Shown one piece after another: positions 58,165 to 64,000 of a stretch of DNA of 64,000 nt (position 1 is its first letter; each line of letters opens with the position of its first letter). The DNA is taken from positions 4,712,001 through 4,776,000 of the forward strand of contig CM022670.1 of the NCBI GenBank assembly GCA_012295275.1, read 5' to 3'. A program made the translations under genes and the position numbers. A model generated the notes under the pieces. The model was not told the origin of the DNA, searched no databases, and saw nothing but the letters and a program-made list of their open reading frames with translations. The DNA comes from Chrysomallon squamiferum (lineage: Eukaryota; Animalia; Mollusca).

Positions 58165-60285
58165 ACACACACACCATGGCAGAGAAACAGATAGATAGAT
58201 ACAGATATAAACAGAGGAGCACTGATTAAATTGTGATGTATTTAAAAATGATGAACTCACTAAATATGTAAGATTTCATAACAGTGCATTGTATACATAA
58301 AATAACAATCTCTGTCAAAGAGAAATCATGTTTATATATTTAATAATGGATTTCACAATATTTACTAAATGACATAGTTGACATTACTGAATACCTTAAA
58401 TCAAAATGTACATACATTATATACATGACATAGTATTTCTGTGTGTAATATTGTATTGATTACATTATTTGTATTATTATTAAAATAACAGGGGAATTAG
58501 GATTAGGAATATTGTATTTATGTTATTAAATAACAGTATATTTCTTAATGAGAATATTGTGCTACATTGTGAATTTTATTACAATAACAACGTATTTGAC
58601 AGTGAAATAATGGAACAGTATATTATATTATTTAATAACAATGAATTTCACAATGTAACATTGAAAGACTTGTATTTCACAACTGGAATATTGTATTTGT
58701 TTCATAAAAGAACAATGTTTATTTTATTTACATCTGAAGAACTCAAACAAGTAGAACACATAAAGAAGGGGGAAAAAAACAGTATAATTTCCTAAACTTC
58801 GCGTAGAACTGATGGAACGTATTATTAACAAAGGAAACAGGAGACCCCAATTTTCAGGTCTCTTGCTTCATGTCTGAAGATTTAGTCCTGTCTTTTATCA
58901 GATTTCATGCTCCCTGCTTTTTCAAGATCGTAATCTTGTCAGTCAAGAAATTTCAATCAGTTTGAAATGACATGTGGATTACCCATGCTACAAGTGCTAA
59001 CACAGCTCAGAAAGCTAATTGACTGGTTCCCCCCTGTCTGTGCAACGTGTCTTGTGATGGTGTTTCCTCCATTTCACAAAGAGCTCCTCACTTTAAATTG
59101 TTTAAAATGGAGACTGGGTAGATTTTTATTATTGATAAAGTCTTTTAGGCTTTTTGTTTGTTTTGTTTACTTGTAATGGGATTTCTAATATTAATCTGCT
59201 CATTAAAAAATAAAACTCACATAAAGCTATCATGAAGAAATTCACAGATGTTGGTTTTGTTGTTTAGAAGTTTTAAGAATTGATTGGTCTTTCATTTGTA
59301 GTCTATGAAATAAATACAACTGTATTTTGTTGTAATGTGTGTGTTAAATTTAATATTCAGGTGAGAAGTGTAACAGATTTAAAATTCAGATAAAAAATTT
59401 TCACACAGAACTGTCACAGGTATCTTGCATAAAATCTGAACAGAAATTTTTTAACAAAGAAAGTGTATTTAATTTTGATAATTAGACATTTCACTTTCAT
59501 CTGTCTATAAGAATGTGTGTGTGTGTGTGTGTGTGTGTGTTATGGATGACTACAGATGACATGGATGGATGGATGGATGTGTGTGGGTATGTGTGATAAA
59601 AAGTGATATGAGCAAACCAAGTAAATTTACTCTAATCTAAGGATATTGTTATGTAAAAAGTATTTGTCATATCAAACATTCATAAAATGTTTGTTCCAAA
59701 CAAACAATATTAATTTGCATAAAATTAACACATACACACAAGAAAAAATATGTGTTTAATAAAACATTAAAAGAAAATTAATAAAATATATAAATCAACT
59801 TTCATTTTGATACTTTCAATCTTTTTCTGTTTTTTTAAATTCTTGGCATATAAAATCTGTGTGTGTGTGTACTTTGCTTGGTTATTAAATGTTGAAATGA
59901 TTATAATGCAATTAGAATTATAATTTCTAGCTGAATTATGTATTTTGTCCAGACAATTATTAAGTTTTTATTCTTTCTTTTTTTATGACATTGGGAAATG
60001 TTATATTTTAAATTTGTAATTATATATTAACTTTCACTTTTCTAAATTAAAATATATATATATAATTACAGCTGATGTTTTTAATAGAGCACAGGACATA
60101 TAGTTATGATAGAAATTTTTATACTTGCAAACTGGAATTCATAACAGATTTAAAACTTAGACAGTATTTGTACAAACATGTCATTCTTTTTTTCTTACCT
60201 GAGTGAATTACAGTATGTGATCAATGCAGCAGAAACATAAATCTGACATTTATTTTGTTTGTTACTCTATTAATTGATATATATA

Positions 60286-60320
<35 letters not shown>

Positions 60321-60629
60321 GTGTATGTATGTATGTAAATTATTTCTTTATATTGCTTTAAAAAAAATGTATTAAGAAAAAAAGAAAGAGACAAAAAGGT
60401 AATTTTCTAAAGTAGGATCAGGAAGTAGTCTGGAAATCTGGACAGAGAGATTTACTGATATAAGAAACAGTCCAAGCCAGCAATATTGTTATTAAAACAT
60501 AATTATTATGGCTAGGAACAAAGAAATGAGATCATTATCTTGAAACATATAAAGATATTTCACATTAAAGTTTATATGACATGTTTGTTTATGATTCAAA
60601 TAATTATCTGTATTTTAACATTTTGGTAG

Positions 60630-61310
60630 GGTAGGACATGGATGGATGGTTTGAAGCAGGCTGAAGACTTCCACAGCAGCAGTTCAGGGGAGGTAACAAA
60701 TGGTGACAGTGGACATGGCAGTGACGATGATTTCACATTCCAAGATGGCTCCTCGCAGTCACCACGCACTTTTAAACACGGACTCAGAGCCTCAGATGTC
60801 AAATCTTACTCCAGACAGAATCAGTCTCCACGCAGTGTTTCATCATTCAGCAAACAGCATCTGACACATCAAACAGGAAGTGGACACAATGTGACAGCAG
60901 AGAGGCAGATCAAAGGACACAACCAATCATATTCTCCATCTCATGGTTTCCATAACAACAGGCAGAACGTTCCAGTGAATTCTGACCCTCGATATAGTTT
61001 CAGACAGTTCCTTGATTTGTCAAAAGACTCATCTGTAGGTCACCCTCAGGATATTTCTTCCAATCGTCCTGTTCCTTCGTCTGCTGGTTTATCCCGACCA
61101 GCTTCTGTGCCTGCAAGGTCTGGGTACAGTGCTGCAGATTTCCACAGACTTCCTAGCCGAGGTCATCATCCACATCAGTCAGTCAACCATGTGTCACCTG
61201 GCAGTGATGACGACACGACAACATCAGGAAGTTACAGTGTCACTCTCGATGACATCAGGACTGACCTGAACGATGTCGGACTGAGAATCCAAACAGATGC
61301 CTATGTTTAA
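60630..61310 (+). CDS. Protocadherin B terminal cytoplasmic exon (226 aa plus stop)
   Basis: Acceptor ATTTTGGTAG| is in phase 0 with the track ORF 60642-61310. The Ser-rich tail contains GDSGHGSDDD, which resembles the delta-protocadherin CM1 DSGHGDS, and DDDTTTSGSY. A candidate AATAAA lies at 61753. Confidence 0.85.
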   Translation, partial: GRTWMDGLKQAEDFHSSSSGEVTNGDSGHGSDDDFTFQDGSSQSPRTFKHGLRASDVKSYSRQNQSPRSVSSFSKQHLTHQTGSGHNVTAERQIKGHNQSYSPSHGFHNNRQNVPVNSDPRYSFRQFLDLSKDSSVGHPQDISSNRPVPSSAGLSRPASVPARSGYSAADFHRLPSRGHHPHQSVNHVSPGSDDDTTTSGSYSVTLDDIRTDLNDVGLRIQTDAYV

Positions 61311-62737
61311 TTGTTCATTTATTTATTTATGTATTTATTTTATAATTTTATTTAATATTTTTGTTATTTTTTTATTATTATTATTATTATTATTTTTTTT
61401 TTTTTTTTTTTGACATTTTGTGTGACTCTTGAAAACAATTGACTGCCAAGTCTTTCATGTTAAGCTTTAAGGGAGTGAGTTTTTGTAATAATAATATGTA
61501 ATGATACAAACTGCTAGATTGTAGATGAATATTCAAACTGAGAAATGTCTGTATTATCTCATTATTTAAAGCCAATTGATTTTCAACAAAAAGGTGGCTG
61601 GTTCAAATCTTTCTTGTGGAATACCATTTTTTGTTTTGTTTTTGTTTGTTTTTGTCTGTTTTTGTGTGTGTGTGTGTGTGCATACTTTCTTCTATTTATT
61701 GTTTTAAATTTTTTTACAATTATTCTTATTATATTTATTTACATCATTGTTTAATAAAAAAATATTTTGCTAAAAAACATCAATTACATGTATTTTAATT
61801 GTCAGAAATGAAACAAAGAATAGAATGTTTATTAAGAAAGCATAATTCTCTTTTCTCAAGATCTCATTTCATTAGCAAAGGTGTTTTTTTATTAGAATTT
61901 TCACATCAGAAGCACATTTAGCATAAACACAAAATGTATTTTTGCAAAACTATGAATTTGTAATAAATCATGTTATTACATAAACTGTACATATATACAT
62001 AATAATACATAACAGTATTCCAGTTTGAATTCTCAAACTATAAATGTATCTGAAAGTGCCATTAACTAGATGACATTATAACAGTGTACATTGTGTATTC
62101 AGTTATTTTCTATTTTACTTTTTATTTTATTTTATTTATTTATTTTTTTTTTTTTGTTGTTGTTGTTTATTTGCTAGTCAATGGATTTTTTTTTTTTTTT
62201 TAATTAATATTATTGTTTTCCTTCTTTTTTTATGTTTTAAATTATAATTAATAGTTGAATATTAAATCTTATCAGTGAAATCCAAAATTAAATTTAAGAA
62301 AAAATAAAAACAGATCATTGATTCACTCCAGTGGTAAAAATAAAAGAAAGTATAATTGTACACATACATATCTAAAATAACTTATAATAATGCATTTATC
62401 CCATTGCTATATTTTGTTATTTGTTAATACTGTTAGTGAATGTCAGTATTTGATTGAAGATATATTATTATTTTTTTTTGAATTCCATAAGGAGAAAGAA
62501 ACAGTTCTGTTCATGAATTCATTTTTGATGTATATTTAAATACACTGGCTGCAATATATCTAAATAGCTGCTTCTTTTAATCTGAAAATAATACTGATTA
62601 AGAAGGTAGGAAAGGTATCTGTATAATTTATTTGCTTTGTAAATTAATTTGTTAAATGAAAAATAAAAATGATGATTACTATCTTGTTGGTTTTTTTTCA
62701 TTATTTAACTGGATGCAATTTAGTTTTCTATTTTGTG

Positions 62738-62826
62738 TTTTGGATTATTTTAATTTAATTATTTAAATGTATATTTTTTTTTTTTTTGGATTATTTTAAT
62801 TTAATTATTTAAATGTATATTTTTTT
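62738..62826. repeat. Short tandem duplication (TTTGGATTATTTTAATTTAATTATTTAAATGTATATTTTTT, two copies)
   Basis: Direct reading. Confidence 0.85.
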
Positions 62827-62872
62827 ACTTAGCAATTTGGAATGTTTTCATAGATGTCTTTATTTATATATA

Positions 62873-62919
<47 letters not shown>

Positions 62920-63593
62920 ATACATACATACAAATACATACACAAACATATATACATACATACATATACATTTTTGTAGCAGTTGTAGTAATAATTACGA
63001 AAACAGTGTTTAACTTATTAACTTATTTTCTTATTTATATATTTTTGTATGCATTTATAAGGTAATAAGCACACACACCCATATAATACAAAACATACAT
63101 AAACATACACACAGCTACATATTTCATAACACTTTAAAAATCACTCACTGTCATCTCATCTCAGCCTCCAGTTATAAACAAAAGATGCCTGTTTGAAAAT
63201 AGAAAATGCAAAAGAGAAACAGCTTAGTGAAATACTGCAGATATTTTGCATTGTGAGAAGCTTGTCATCATATCTCCATCTCTGTTTACCTCTGTCATTC
63301 TGTGCAGGACTCAGTCATGATAGGTATTTAATAATGATGTTTGACATGTAATTTGTCAACAATGGGAGAATGTTTAAAGTGTTGTTTAAAGCTGATCAAA
63401 CAGTGTGTAGCTAATGCATACAATATTGAGCCAAACAGATACTAAAAAGCAATGACATTTGATGTTTGGCATTAGATCATGTAGACTGGTATTCTGGCAC
63501 TGCATTCAAGTCATATGTCATAATCCATCATCTGGCTCCACATTTTTCTGGAATCTGGTGTAGCCAAATAATGTCAGACATTTTGTATTAGAC

Positions 63594-63632
<39 letters not shown>

Positions 63633-64000
63633 AATTTTTGTCACTTATTATTATTATTTTTTTTTTTTTTTTTTTTGATGATGTTGTTTGAGGTTTCAGA
63701 TGAGTTGTACTGTTGGTTTTCGTTTTTGAATTTTATATGGTTGTAGCAGAATTTTGTTTTTGTTTTGGCTTCCTCCATTATTTTATCTATTCTTAAACAT
63801 TTACTATTACTACTACTGCTACTGCTACTGCTACTGTTATTAATATTATTATTATCAGTATTATCATTATTATTATTGTTATTCTTAATATTTAATTTTT
63901 ATTTTATTTGTTTTTTTACATTCAGTTGTTTTTTTATTTATTTATTTTTTTGAATCTCATTTTAGCATACACAAATTTCTTATCAATCAAAATGTTCTTC

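Noticed and set aside
58800-59120. Possible extra coding exon in the last Pcdh B intron
   Set aside because: The phase-0 frame after the best acceptor (TTTTATCAG at about 58901) reaches TGA within about 20 codons with no good donor before it.

Overview
AT-rich, microsatellite-dense animal genomic DNA. A mollusc or other lophotrochozoan, possibly a gastropod, is inferred from the protocadherin style and one SINE-like fragment. Three genes are supported. (1) A minus-strand protocadherin whose giant ectodomain exon runs off the left edge (1-1955; absent from the ORF track). (2) A minus-strand type-II-membrane FkbM-family SAM methyltransferase with a single coding exon (33467-34566). (3) A plus-strand 7-EC protocadherin with three coding exons (52685-61310, about 1129 aa). 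Genes 2 and 3 each carry a single 1-nt frameshift that can be repaired at a short homopolymer, most likely an assembly error. The protocadherins are head-to-head about 48.5 kb apart, and their putative promoters share an ATTGG-N13/14-AGGAGGCG(G/T)G(G/T)C module. The most unusual feature is the intervening DNA: roughly 45-50 unique, CpG-containing, motif-rich islands of about 300-600 bp recur about every 0.9-1 kb. They are separated by low-complexity spacers that tend to switch from T-rich to A-rich on the + strand. CpG is abundant left of about 47 kb and strongly depleted to the right. All counts and island boundaries were estimated by eye.
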